IMG/VR virus record: IMGVR_UViG_3300016482_000089
Location: 1-64,000 of that record
Origin: a virus
Lineage: Duplodnaviria > Caudoviricetes
Length of the DNA stretch: 64,000 nucleotides
Reading direction: 5' to 3' (one strand)
The notes under the pieces are model-generated. The model ran no database searches. It was given only the letters and a program-made list of their open reading frames with translations, and was not told where the DNA came from. Position numbers and translations under genes: made by a program. Shown piece after piece: positions 50,485 through 59,480 of this stretch (position 1 is the stretch's first letter; each line of letters opens with the position of its first letter).

Positions 50485-51048
50485 TCATCCGATCAGCACG
50501 AGCGGCGGGATCGGCCAGTTGGCGGCGATCCAGGCGTGGCGCGCGTTCCGCTGCAGCATCTCCGGGTTGTTGATGGTCTGCTCGTTGATCCCGAGGCAGA
50601 TCATCGACCCGCAGAGGCTGATGTAGGCGCGATAGGTGTCGCCGAGGCCGTACGTCTCGACTTCCCGGTTGTGCCGGTCTCCGTACTCCGTGACGCCGCC
50701 GGCGGTGCGCAGCCGGAAGCTGAGCCCGTGGTGGTGGCAGAAGTGGCGGAGTTCTTCGAACGCGTGCGTGCTGTTCGGCGGCCGCTGGTCGTGGTCGTAG
50801 TATTCGTCGTCCACGGTGAGGATCATCGGCCGGCGGCGGCAGATCAGGTCGTTGATCTGGGCCATCCAGAAATCTTCGACGGGGATGCCGGCGTTGTCGG
50901 CCGACTCCGGGCCTTCGGCCGCGGTCTCGTCCTCGTCGATGTCCGCGATCCAGAGGTCGGTCTGGGCGAGGACGGTGACGAGGTCTTCGACGGCTTCATG
51001 GGTGATCGGCCCACCGATGATCATCCGCGCTTTCGTGGTGTCGTGCAT
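50485..51048 (-). CDS. Early hypothetical protein
   Basis: MHDTTKARMIIGG...; partial repeat TCGACGGGC at ~51056. Confidence 0.6.
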   Translation of the reverse strand: MHDTTKARMIIGGPITHEAVEDLVTVLAQTDLWIADIDEDETAAEGPESADNAGIPVEDFWMAQINDLICRRRPMILTVDDEYYDHDQRPPNSTHAFEELRHFCHHHGLSFRLRTAGGVTEYGDRHNREVETYGLGDTYRAYISLCGSMICLGINEQTINNPEMLQRNARHAWIAANWPIPPLVLIG

Positions 51049-51412
51049 GACACTCTCGACGGGCGGCGGCGGCGGCCGGGCGGGGTGCCTGGCCGCGTCC
51101 GCGGCGAGGCGCGGGCATGATGGTGATATGGGAACGCTGCCGCAACAATTCAACCCGTTGGGGCGGAGAGGCCGAGTCTACCCAAGGGGTTGGACCGAAA
51201 AACATCGATTTGTGTTTTCTGGCGGAGTCCGGTTAGCCTTGCCGGGCGACTCCGGCCTCTGAAACGGAAGCGCCCCGGCCTCAGGGAGAGGGGCCGGGGC
51301 GCGTTTGGGGGACGAAGTCGCGGGCACGAGCGAAACCGCCGTCTCCCCGGGGCACAAACTAGTGTGATTGCCCCGGCGAGACAAGGCGATTCGCTCCCAT
51401 CGGAGCGACTCC

Positions 51413-52906
51413 ATGCACGCAGTCCACGGATTCGACGCAGAGGGTACCAGCCGCCAGCGGCGGCTCACAGCGGGGCTCGGTGAAGGGCTCCTCGGCAACG
51501 CGCTGCGACAACCGCCGGTGAACCTCGAAGCGGAGCAGGCCGTCCTCGGCGCGATCCTCGCGAACAACAAGGCGCTCGAGCGCGTCGACACGTTCCTCCG
51601 GCCTGAGCACTTCGCGGAGCCGGCCCACGGCGCGATCTACGCCCGCATCTTGGAGCGCGTGATGGACGGGCAGGTGGCCGACCCCATCACGCTCCGCGCC
51701 GATTTCGAGGGCACCGGCACGCTCGATGAGGTCGGCGGCGCCGTCTACCTCGTGGAACTGCTCGGCGCGATGGTCGGCGTGATCAATGCTGGCGAGTACG
51801 GCCAGCTGATCGTCGACGCATGGATGAAGCGCCAGATCATCGAGATGGCGGAGGGCGCCGCGCAGCTCGCCTACGGCGTCGAGGCGGGCCTGAACCCCGC
51901 GAAGGTGCTCGACCGGATCCGCCTGCAGCTGCTGGAGATCGAGGCGCACACCCCGAACCCCGGCACGATGAAGTCGCTTCGGAGCGCGGTGGACGAGGCG
52001 ATCGCGGCCGGCGAGGCCGCGGCGGCGCGCGGCACCGGCCTCTCCGGCATCTCCTGCGGCTTTCCCTCGCTCGACGCCTTCCTGCTCGGCCTCGAGCCGG
52101 CGACGAACACGGTCATCGCGGCGCGGCCGCGCGTCGGCAAGACGGCGCTCGCGGTCCAGATGGCGCTGCGGATGGCGCGGCTCGGGCACCGGGGCCTCTA
52201 CGTCTCGCTCGAGATGGAGGCGGCGAAGCTGGCGCGGCGGGCGCTCTCGCTCGTCTCCCGCATCAAGCTGCAGGACATCCGCCGCGGCGAGTTCGCGCGC
52301 GACGACGGGCTGGCGGACGATATCGTGCGGGCGCGGGCCGTACTCGCGGACCTGCCGCTGCTGATCGAGGACGAGCCGCGGCTGACCCATCAGACCATCG
52401 CGCAGCGGGCGCGGCTGGCGGAGCGGAAGCTCGGGCGGCTCGACTGGATCATGGTCGACCACCTGCACATCGTCGGCGACGACGACAGGATGGCGCGGAT
52501 GCCCGACATCAAGGCCATCGCCGAGAAGAGCGCGGCGATCCGCGCCATCGGCCAGCGCATGAAGATCCCGGTGATCACGCTGGCGCAGTTGAGCCGGGCG
52601 GTGGAGAGCCGCGAGGACCAGCGGCCGACGCTGGCGGACCTGCGGGGCTCCGGTGCGATCGAGCAGGACGCCGACAGCATCGGCTTCATCTACCGCCCGG
52701 AGGTCGGGATGCGGCCGCCGGTGAAGAAGCCGGGCGAGAGCGACGGCGACTATGCCGCGAAGCTGCACCAGCACAACCAGGGCCTCGACGAGGTGCGGGG
52801 CAAGGCCTGGGTGAACTGGGAGAAGGTGCGCGAGGGTGAGCCCGGCTCGGCGGAGCTGCGGTTCGACGGCGCGCGGGTGCGTTTCCACGAGATCGACGAG
52901 AAGTAG
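51413..52906 (+). CDS. dnaB: Replicative DNA helicase
   Basis: EAEQAVLG, AARPRVGKT, SLEM, VDHL, LAQLSRAVE, DLRGSGAIEQDAD. Confidence 0.95.
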   Translation: MHAVHGFDAEGTSRQRRLTAGLGEGLLGNALRQPPVNLEAEQAVLGAILANNKALERVDTFLRPEHFAEPAHGAIYARILERVMDGQVADPITLRADFEGTGTLDEVGGAVYLVELLGAMVGVINAGEYGQLIVDAWMKRQIIEMAEGAAQLAYGVEAGLNPAKVLDRIRLQLLEIEAHTPNPGTMKSLRSAVDEAIAAGEAAAARGTGLSGISCGFPSLDAFLLGLEPATNTVIAARPRVGKTALAVQMALRMARLGHRGLYVSLEMEAAKLARRALSLVSRIKLQDIRRGEFARDDGLADDIVRARAVLADLPLLIEDEPRLTHQTIAQRARLAERKLGRLDWIMVDHLHIVGDDDRMARMPDIKAIAEKSAAIRAIGQRMKIPVITLAQLSRAVESREDQRPTLADLRGSGAIEQDADSIGFIYRPEVGMRPPVKKPGESDGDYAAKLHQHNQGLDEVRGKAWVNWEKVREGEPGSAELRFDGARVRFHEIDEK

Positions 52907-52918
52907 GGGAAGACCGGG

Positions 52919-54082
52919 ATGGCGAGGCGCCAGCGCTCGAAGGCGGACACGTGGCTGCCGCTCTACGTCGGGGACTATCTGGCCGACACGATGCACCTCG
53001 ATGCCACGGGGCATGGGGCGTACCTGCTGCTCCTGATGCACTCCTGGCGGCGGGGGGCGCTGCCGGATGACGACGCCGAGCTCGCGGCGATCGCGCGGGT
53101 GACGCCGGAGGTCTGGGCGGCGGGGCTGGGGCGCCGGATCCGGGGGTTCTTCCTGGCGGTGCCGGAGGGGCTGGTGCAGCCCCGGCTGGAGCAGGAGCGG
53201 GCGATCGCGGCCAACAACACGGCACAGCGCCAGGCGGCCGGGAAGGCCTCGGCCGAGGCGCGTGCGCGGCAGCGGGAGGGCAACGCCCGTTCAACGGCCG
53301 TTGCCGCGCCGTTGCCGCAGGAGGCCAGCGAGGAAGCCCCCGCGGCGCCTCCGGCCGGCAAGCGCCGTGCAACGGCCGTTGCAGCGCCGTTGGCGCGAAA
53401 GGGCGCCGGGAAGGGGGATTCCGCGGCTCCGCGGCCTCTCCGCGGGGCCTCGGAGGGCGCGGAGGGGGCGGAATCCGAACGGCGGGGCAGCGTCCGTTCA
53501 ACGAGCGTTGCCCCGCCGTTGGAACAAAACGCCAGACCGTCACCGTCACCGTCACCTAGAGAATCTAGCTCTGATTCTGTCGTCGTCTCTCTGCCGACTC
53601 GCGCGCGCGGGCGGGCGACGGGGCCGTTCGGCCCGGACGGGCCGATGGGCGACGAGCTGCCGGAGCGGTGGATCTCCAGCCGCACCCGGAAGCGCCCCTG
53701 GTGGGGCGAACTGGCGTGGCTCGACGACGAGGGGACGTGGCGGGTCGGCCTGCGGCAGATGCCCGAGGGCGCCCATTGGGAGCTCTGCTGGAACGCGCCG
53801 ATCGACCTCGCGGAGCACAAGGTGCTGGACGCCGCCGGGCTCGGGATCATCTCGTGGGAGGGCTCGACGGAGCCGCTGATGCGCTGGCTGGCGCGCGGGC
53901 TGGACCTGCATCTCGCGATCCTGCCGGCGATCGAGGCTGCCGCGGCGAAGCCCGGGTACCGGCCGCCGTCCTCGCTGAAGTACTTCGAGCGCTGGGTGGA
54001 GGTGGAGGCGGCGGCGGTGGAGCGGCGGTACCGCCGCCCCGAGATCCTCTCCGGTGGAGCGAAAAACACAAAGTCTTGTTGA
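52919..54082 (+). CDS. DUF1376 (YdaU-like) replication initiator
   Basis: WLPLYVGDYLADTMHLDATGHGAYLLLLMHSW..G.LPDDDAELAAIA; internal repeats. Confidence 0.88.
   Translation: MARRQRSKADTWLPLYVGDYLADTMHLDATGHGAYLLLLMHSWRRGALPDDDAELAAIARVTPEVWAAGLGRRIRGFFLAVPEGLVQPRLEQERAIAANNTAQRQAAGKASAEARARQREGNARSTAVAAPLPQEASEEAPAAPPAGKRRATAVAAPLARKGAGKGDSAAPRPLRGASEGAEGAESERRGSVRSTSVAPPLEQNARPSPSPSPRESSSDSVVVSLPTRARGRATGPFGPDGPMGDELPERWISSRTRKRPWWGELAWLDDEGTWRVGLRQMPEGAHWELCWNAPIDLAEHKVLDAAGLGIISWEGSTEPLMRWLARGLDLHLAILPAIEAAAAKPGYRPPSSLKYFERWVEVEAAAVERRYRRPEILSGGAKNTKSC
53289..53521. repeat. Three 26-bp iterons within initiator gene (putative lytic origin)
   Basis: GTTCAACGGCCGTTGCCGCGCCGTTG 53289; GTGCAACGGCCGTTGCAGCGCCGTTG 53367; GTTCAACGAGCGTTGCCCCGCCGTTG 53496. 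Confidence 0.75.
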
Positions 54083-54130
54083 TCCCATGCGCGAGATGTG
54101 AGAAATCCGGGGCAGGCAGAGAGGGGGGCG

Positions 54131-54478
54131 GTGAGCGTGTCGGAGATCGACGCGGCGATCGGGGCCAGGATCCGCGAGAGGCGCAAGGCCCTGGGGATGA
54201 GTCAGGCCGATCTGGCCCGGCGCCTCGACGTGTCCTACCAGCAGGTCGCGAAGTACGAGGCCGGGCGGAACACGCTCGGGGCCGCGCGGCTGATGCGGGT
54301 GGCCGAGATCCTCGCCTGCTCCCCGAACCAGCTCCTCGGGTTCGAGCCGCTGCCCCCGGACGCCGGTGTCATGCGGGTCGCTGAGCTGATGGCGGGCCTG
54401 CGGGAGGACCAGCGGGACGCGCTCGCGGCCTTCATGACCACGCTCCGCGGCGCCGAGCCGGCGGCGAGGGCGGCATGA
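54131..54478 (+). CDS. XRE-family HTH regulator
   Basis: IGARIRERRKALGMSQADLARRLDVSYQQVAKYEAG. Confidence 0.9.
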   Translation: MSVSEIDAAIGARIRERRKALGMSQADLARRLDVSYQQVAKYEAGRNTLGAARLMRVAEILACSPNQLLGFEPLPPDAGVMRVAELMAGLREDQRDALAAFMTTLRGAEPAARAA

Positions 54479-54885
54479 GCCGCCGCAACTTCCTCGCGGG
54501 CCTGGGCGGCCTCGGCCTCGGCGGTGCCGTCGCCCGGGGCGCTGCCGCGGCGCCGGTCATGGCGAGCCAGCCGGTAACGGCCGCGTGGCGGCCCGTGGTG
54601 GAGGTGGCGACGGTGGGCCAGATGGCGAAAGCCGCGGCGCCCTCGCCGGCCCAGGACGCCTTCTACGCCGCGAGCCGGGTGCTCTTCGCCCGCCAGAAGC
54701 GCCAGGAGCGGGTGCAGGAGCTGCTGGGCGGCCTGCCGCCGCACCTCGCCTCGATGAAGTCCTGCGCGCCCTGGTTCCGCGCCCAGCGCGCCGTGGCGTG
54801 GGAGGAGGCCAGGCAGGACGGGATGACCGAGGCCTTCCGGGCGCTGCGTGACAGCCTCGGCCTCGGCGAGCGGGAGGCGCCGTGA
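54475..54885 (+). CDS. Hypothetical protein with twin-arginine-like signal
   Basis: MSRRNFLAGLGGLGLGGAVARGAAAA. Confidence 0.6.
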   Translation: MSRRNFLAGLGGLGLGGAVARGAAAAPVMASQPVTAAWRPVVEVATVGQMAKAAAPSPAQDAFYAASRVLFARQKRQERVQELLGGLPPHLASMKSCAPWFRAQRAVAWEEARQDGMTEAFRALRDSLGLGEREAP

Positions 54886-55154
54886 TGCGGTTCGACGTCG
54901 CCGAAGCGCCCATGCTGCGCCCCGTCTCGGTGGGGGACGTCTACGCCGCCCACGGGCCGCGCCACCGCGGCTTCTGGGTGGTCGTGGCGGTGGTCGGGAA
55001 CTCCTGCCACCTCCTCGGCATCGACGAGCACGGCGCCATCGTCTCGACCGCCAGCTACGGCGCCCACGCGCTGCGCGAGCGCGAGGTGATCGGCTACTGC
55101 CAGGACCTCGAGGCGATGGGCCCCATCCGGATCCACTGGACGCACCGCGGATGA
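54882..55154 (+). CDS. Hypothetical protein
   Basis: Coupled ORF, 90 aa. Confidence 0.6.
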   Translation: MMRFDVAEAPMLRPVSVGDVYAAHGPRHRGFWVVVAVVGNSCHLLGIDEHGAIVSTASYGAHALREREVIGYCQDLEAMGPIRIHWTHRG

Positions 55155-55447
55155 TGGGCCTGACCGACGACGAGCGCCGGCGGCGCGGGCGGGAGCACGC
55201 CCTGCTGAACGCCCGCGCCGACCTGGCGCGCCGCGGCTCCTGCACGGCCGCGAGCGGCGTCTACGGCGAGGCCTACAACGGCGAGCACCAGGCGCTGCTG
55301 GACCACATCGAGGACCGCCTCGCCGCGGTGCGGCGCGAGGCCCGCCGGGCGACGCCGGAGTGGCGCTCCCAGGTGGCGCTCGCGGCGCTCGTCACCATCG
55401 TGGTGGTGCCGGCGGCGGCCTTTGCGATCGCCAGCCTGCTGAGGTGA
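55151..55447 (+). CDS. Hypothetical protein with C-terminal TM
   Basis: VALAALVTIVVVPAAAFAIASLL. Confidence 0.55.
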   Translation: MMGLTDDERRRRGREHALLNARADLARRGSCTAASGVYGEAYNGEHQALLDHIEDRLAAVRREARRATPEWRSQVALAALVTIVVVPAAAFAIASLLR

Positions 55448-55449
55448 CC

Positions 55450-55764
55450 ATGCCATCCCAGGCGTTCCCCGCCGTCGGCGGCATCCTGCCGAGCTCCATG
55501 GTCGGCCACCGGCCCCCGCAGCGCCGCATGGGGCGCTTCTGGCTGCACCAGCGGCTGATCGAGAACTCGCCGGCCGACGCGCTGGCGGCGCTCGACGGCT
55601 GCATCATCGTCCGCGCCGAGGCGCACTATGCGACCGGCCGGATCGAGTACGACGCGATCCATCCCGACTTCGAGCCCCTCAGCGAGGGGCAGCCGCTGCC
55701 GCTCTACCGGCCGGTCATCAGCGGCGGCAAGCGCCTGCGCTGGGAGCGCGAGGTCACGGCCTGA
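55450..55764 (+). CDS. Hypothetical protein
   Basis: GAGG RBS; IEYDAIHPDFEPLSEG..P.Y. Confidence 0.6.
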   Translation: MPSQAFPAVGGILPSSMVGHRPPQRRMGRFWLHQRLIENSPADALAALDGCIIVRAEAHYATGRIEYDAIHPDFEPLSEGQPLPLYRPVISGGKRLRWEREVTA

Positions 55765-56233
55765 CGGGCTGGTAGGACTGCGCGACGTAGGGTCGGGCCA
55801 GGCAGCGGACGCCGAGCTGCTGCAGCAGCTCCCACCACTCCTCGGGGCTGCGCACGATCGAATAGCCGAAGCCCATCGCGGTGACGGCGGCCTGGAAGGC
55901 GCGCTGGGCGTCGTTCTGCTCGCCGGCGTCGATCTTCCGCAAGGCATCCTTGGCCGTCTTCACCTCCGCGAAGTGGATCCGCCCACCGGGAAGGAGAATC
56001 ACGAGGTCGGCGACGCCCGGCATCACGCCTTCTTCAACAAGGCGCGCAGCCTCCAGCGCGTTCCGGAAGCCGCCGTTCGGCACGGCGAAGACGAGGCATT
56101 CGCCCTTAGGAACGCAGCGTTTCCAGTACTCTATCAGCGAGATCTGCAGGTCGCTTTCGGGGTGCCGGGGCGCGCGCCGTCGGCGCGCGAAACCCGGTGC
56201 ATCAACCGAAATTCTAGGCTTGCGCTTCCCCAT
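55754..56233 (-). CDS. VRR-NUC domain endonuclease
   Basis: ESDLQ, FAVPNGG, GVMPGVADL, FAEVK, Q..FQ..V..MGF.Y. Confidence 0.88.
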   Translation of the reverse strand: MGKRKPRISVDAPGFARRRRAPRHPESDLQISLIEYWKRCVPKGECLVFAVPNGGFRNALEAARLVEEGVMPGVADLVILLPGGRIHFAEVKTAKDALRKIDAGEQNDAQRAFQAAVTAMGFGYSIVRSPEEWWELLQQLGVRCLARPYVAQSYQPVRP

Positions 56234-56498
56234 TTCCTTGGGAAATGGTAGCCGTTGGTTGGGTACGGGTGCGCGCCTTGGGTGTGGGGCCCTTCAGGGC
56301 CTGCTCGACCTTGCGAAGGATCGCAAGGGTCGGGGACCAGGGCCGGCGGCGGCGATGCCGGCCGCGACGGCTCCCGTGCGCGCGGAACGAACGGAGGGAG
56401 TTTGGATGCACGCCGGCAAGCTCGGCCAGGGCCCGCTTCGTCAGGCCTCGGCTCTGAGCCGTCGCTTCCAGTTCGGCGATTACCTCGTCGATCCGCAT
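56214..56498 (-). CDS. Cro-like HTH repressor
   Basis: GLTKRALAELAGVHPNSL; divergent from cI-like gene. Confidence 0.75.
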   Translation of the reverse strand: MRIDEVIAELEATAQSRGLTKRALAELAGVHPNSLRSFRAHGSRRGRHRRRRPWSPTLAILRKVEQALKGPTPKARTRTQPTATISQGNGEAQA

Positions 56499-56512
56499 AT
56501 CTTCTCATACAC

Positions 56513-56526
56513 CACAAACCTTTGTG
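56513..56526. promoter_or_regulatory. Palindromic operator in cro/cI intergenic region
   Basis: CACAAACCTTTGTG; one of 11 CACAA-N4-TTGTG-like sites. Confidence 0.8.
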
Positions 56527-56545
56527 TCGCAACGAGGACTGCTCC

Positions 56546-57286
56546 ATGACCTCCAGCCGGTGGCAAAACCCTGCCGTCCAGCAGGAGCGGCGCAACGATT
56601 CCGACCACAGGCGCCGCGCCTTCGAGGACTTCATGCAGGCGCACCGGCTGAAGCCGGCGGCCTGGGCCAGGGCCGCCGGCCTGCCGAACGCGAACGCGAT
56701 CTACGCCTACCGGAACGGCACGACCGACTTCCTCAGCCAGAGCACCCTCAACGCGCTCGTCCGGGCCGTGCCAGGCGCCACGGTGGCCGAGATGCTGGGC
56801 GAGGCGCCGCAGCCGATGCCCGTGCGGCTCCTGCCCTGCCGCGCCGAGGCGCGCGCCGGCGTCTGGCAGGCCGACACCCGCGCCCGCGTCCTGCGCGAGA
56901 TCGAGTTCCCGCTGCCGGTCGACATGCACGCCGACGAGCTGGTGAAGCTGACCGACGGCCAGGCCGACCAGGTCTACCGCGCGCCGTCCTACCTCGCGGT
57001 GCAGAACTTCGCGTCGCTGACGAGGCCGCTGAAGGCCGGCGACCGGGTCATCGTCCGCGGCATCGGGCCGAAGGGCCACGAGATCACCGTCCGCGAGGTG
57101 GCCGGCACGCCGGAGGCGCCCGAGCTCATCTTCGCGACGCAGACCCGGCCCGACCTCCGCGAGAAGCGCCTGCCGCTCCCCGTCTGGCCCTATGACGGCC
57201 GCGTCTGGGAGCACGACGGGATCCGGTACCACATCGAGAGCCGGGTCTTCATGATGATGCTGTTCGAGGAGCAGCGGTACAGCTGA
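56546..57286 (+). CDS. CI-like repressor (HTH + S24-like C-terminal fold)
   Basis: LKPAAWARAAGLPNANAIYAYRNG HTH; EARAGVW linker; no clear Ser/Lys dyad. Confidence 0.7.
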   Translation: MTSSRWQNPAVQQERRNDSDHRRRAFEDFMQAHRLKPAAWARAAGLPNANAIYAYRNGTTDFLSQSTLNALVRAVPGATVAEMLGEAPQPMPVRLLPCRAEARAGVWQADTRARVLREIEFPLPVDMHADELVKLTDGQADQVYRAPSYLAVQNFASLTRPLKAGDRVIVRGIGPKGHEITVREVAGTPEAPELIFATQTRPDLREKRLPLPVWPYDGRVWEHDGIRYHIESRVFMMMLFEEQRYS

Positions 57287-57330
57287 GCCGCGCCTTGCCC
57301 GGCGCCGTGCCGCGCCACTATGGTGCGCCC

Positions 57331-57344
57331 CACAAAGTTTTGTG
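57331..57344. promoter_or_regulatory. Operator downstream of TTGCCC-N18-TATGGT promoter
   Basis: CACAAAGTTTTGTG. Confidence 0.7.
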
Positions 57345-57355
57345 GGGCAGCGGGA

Positions 57356-58021
57356 GTGGGGCGCAAGCGCTGGGGGGCCAGGCGGAAGCAGCCAGCGCGG
57401 CGCAAGCCCGGCGCCGGGTCAGGTCGCTACGTCCGCCGCGAGTGGACGACGATCTACCGTGACCCGGCCACCGGCCTCCTCCTGCAGGTCGGCCCCGACC
57501 ACGGCACCGAGGAGCGCGCCAACCACGCCGGCGGCGTCATCAAGGGCAAGCGCCTCGCCTACAACGACCAGGACCGGCCCTACTTCACCGAGGGCGCGCG
57601 CGCCGTCGCCTCCACCGTGCTCGACCAGCTGCGCGCCGGCGGCTGCCTGGCCGCCGTCTACCAGCAGGGGCGCTGGGTGTGCCCGCGGAACCGCCTGGCC
57701 GCGAAGCGCCTCGAGGCGCGGCGCTTCGACGCGGCCGAGGCCTTCACCGTGCTGTGCCGCACCGCCGGCGTCGTGCGGCGACTGACCGGCGGCTACGAGT
57801 TCCGCACCGACCGCGGGACGCAGACCGAGAACCCGCGCGCGGTGAAGGCCCGGAAGGCGGTCGTCGCCCGGGCCCTGCGGCTCGGCTCGACGCACTGGAA
57901 CCAGCTGATCGACGTGCTGCTCTGCGAGCGGCACCCGGACGCGCGCGAGCTGCGCGCCTTCCTCGCGGCGCTCGACGCCTACGCCGACCTGCTGCGCCTC
58001 GCCGCGGCCGAGGGGATCTGA
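57356..58021 (+). CDS. Hypothetical protein, possibly DUF6456-like late regulator
   Basis: Operator-controlled single gene; helical C-terminus ...FLAALDAYADL. Confidence 0.5.
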   Translation: MGRKRWGARRKQPARRKPGAGSGRYVRREWTTIYRDPATGLLLQVGPDHGTEERANHAGGVIKGKRLAYNDQDRPYFTEGARAVASTVLDQLRAGGCLAAVYQQGRWVCPRNRLAAKRLEARRFDAAEAFTVLCRTAGVVRRLTGGYEFRTDRGTQTENPRAVKARKAVVARALRLGSTHWNQLIDVLLCERHPDARELRAFLAALDAYADLLRLAAAEGI

Positions 58022-58038
58022 GGGGCCAGACGGCATTG

Positions 58039-59420
58039 TTGACGTGATTCAGGGAACCCCTAGGGGTTGTGCCTGATCCGTATCTCCATTCGCGGCTCGC
58101 TGAGCGGCACTGCGGCGCAGGCCAAGCCCGCGCCGCTGATCTCCGCTCTCCCCGCGCGTTCGCCGACGACGCGTGTCCTCGGCAGGTTCGGGCATGCCTT
58201 GCCCTACCCATTCTCTCGTCCGTCGCTCGATCCAGCGCGCCGCAGCGTGGTCACGGTCATGCACCGCCCCACACCCCTCGCAGGTCCAGACCCGCGTTCG
58301 CAGCGACAGGCGCTTGCCGATCAGACCGCAGTCCGGGCAGCAGCCCGTGCTGTGGTCGAACCGGCCGATCGCGTGCACGATCCGCCCCCGCCAGGCGGCC
58401 TTGTAGCCGATCTGGCGGTAGAGCTGGCTGAGGCCCGCATCCGCGACGGACTTCGCTAGGTGGCGGTTCCGGGCCATGCCCTTCACCGCCAGGTCCTCCA
58501 CCCCAATCACCGCCGCCTTGGCTGTCAGCGCCGATGAGAGATGGTGATGACCGTCTGCCCGCCGGTCGCGCACCTTCCGGTGCTGCCGGCCGAGCAGACG
58601 CAGCCGGCGCGCATGGCGCCGGCTGACCTCCCGTGCCTCCTTCTTCCTCACATGCTCCGCACGGCTGTAGCGCCGCTGCAGACGCTTCAACTTCTTCTCG
58701 GCTTTGCGCAGGTGCCGCGGCGCCTCGTGCCGTGTGCCGTCGCTCTCGGTGAGTAGGGCCGACAGCCCGCCATCCGCGCCCAGCACATCCACACTCGGCT
58801 CCGGCACCGCGACGCGCCGCATAGGAGGCGGTGCCTCGAACTGGACCGAGAAGGTCCGGCGCTCGCCATCAAGCCGCAGCCGACAGGCGAGGAGCTTCCC
58901 CTCCGGCCAGCGACCGCCCCGGAGCTTCACCTCGCCGAGGCGAAGAATATCGGCTCTGCCGCGCGCCTTCGTCGCATGCGTGCGGGTCAGGTCGGGTAGG
59001 GCGGAGGAGGCCAGGTAGACCGAGCCCTCGCCCGCCTTACGGCGCTTGAACTTCGGGAAGCCGGCGCGCTGGCGCAGCGGCAACCCGGCGCGGATGTCGA
59101 CGAAGGCGCGGTCGCGCGCCTTGCAGTACTGCCGAACCACGTCGACGAGCGCGATCGCCGGAACCTCGGCCAGCCACGGCCTATCAGCCTTCCAGACCGG
59201 CAGCCACTTCGTCAGATCCGCGTAGGAGATGCTCCTGCCGGTGCAGGCTCGGTGCGTCTCATCGAACTCCAGGCATCGGTTCCAAGCCCAGCGGAGCGCG
59301 CCCACCCAGCCGCGCAGCAGATGCTCCTGCTGCGCGCTCAGATAGGCTCGGAACAGGGCTGCCTGAACGACCTCGTTCACCACTCGTTCCAAGATGGTGG
59401 GGCGCCCTGAATCTCGTCAA
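58039..59420 (-). mobile_element. Solo tnpB element (IS1341-like) with 16-bp inverted repeats
   Basis: TTGACGTGATTCAGGG 58039-58054 vs CCCTGAATCTCGTCAA 59405-59420; palindrome AACCCCTAGGGGTT 58055-58068; no tnpA. Confidence 0.7.
58049..59392 (-). CDS. tnpB: TnpB RNA-guided endonuclease
   Basis: RWAWNRCL, GFPKFKRR, RuvC D (LGADGG), E (VEDL), D (HDRD), Zn ribbon CPDC/CEGC. Confidence 0.92.
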   Translation of the reverse strand: MERVVNEVVQAALFRAYLSAQQEHLLRGWVGALRWAWNRCLEFDETHRACTGRSISYADLTKWLPVWKADRPWLAEVPAIALVDVVRQYCKARDRAFVDIRAGLPLRQRAGFPKFKRRKAGEGSVYLASSALPDLTRTHATKARGRADILRLGEVKLRGGRWPEGKLLACRLRLDGERRTFSVQFEAPPPMRRVAVPEPSVDVLGADGGLSALLTESDGTRHEAPRHLRKAEKKLKRLQRRYSRAEHVRKKEAREVSRRHARRLRLLGRQHRKVRDRRADGHHHLSSALTAKAAVIGVEDLAVKGMARNRHLAKSVADAGLSQLYRQIGYKAAWRGRIVHAIGRFDHSTGCCPDCGLIGKRLSLRTRVWTCEGCGAVHDRDHAAARWIERRTREWVGQGMPEPAEDTRRRRTRGESGDQRRGLGLRRSAAQRAANGDTDQAQPLGVP

Positions 59421-59443
59421 TAGTTGAGGGGGCCAGAAACGCA

Positions 59444-59480
59444 GAAAGCCCCGCCAGCTCGTGCCGGCGGGGCTTTCCTT
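59444..59480. terminator. Bidirectional intrinsic terminator
   Basis: GAAAGCCCCGCC...GGCGGGGCTTTCCTT. Confidence 0.75.

Noticed and set aside
52904-52921. dnaB and DUF1376 in frame across TAG plus 4 codons (possible fusion)
   Set aside because: Both are complete known families and the second has its own purine-rich RBS; one-in-three coincidence
58049-59392. Nuclease-dead TnpB (TldR-type repressor)
   Set aside because: All three RuvC acidic residues and the Zn ribbon appear intact
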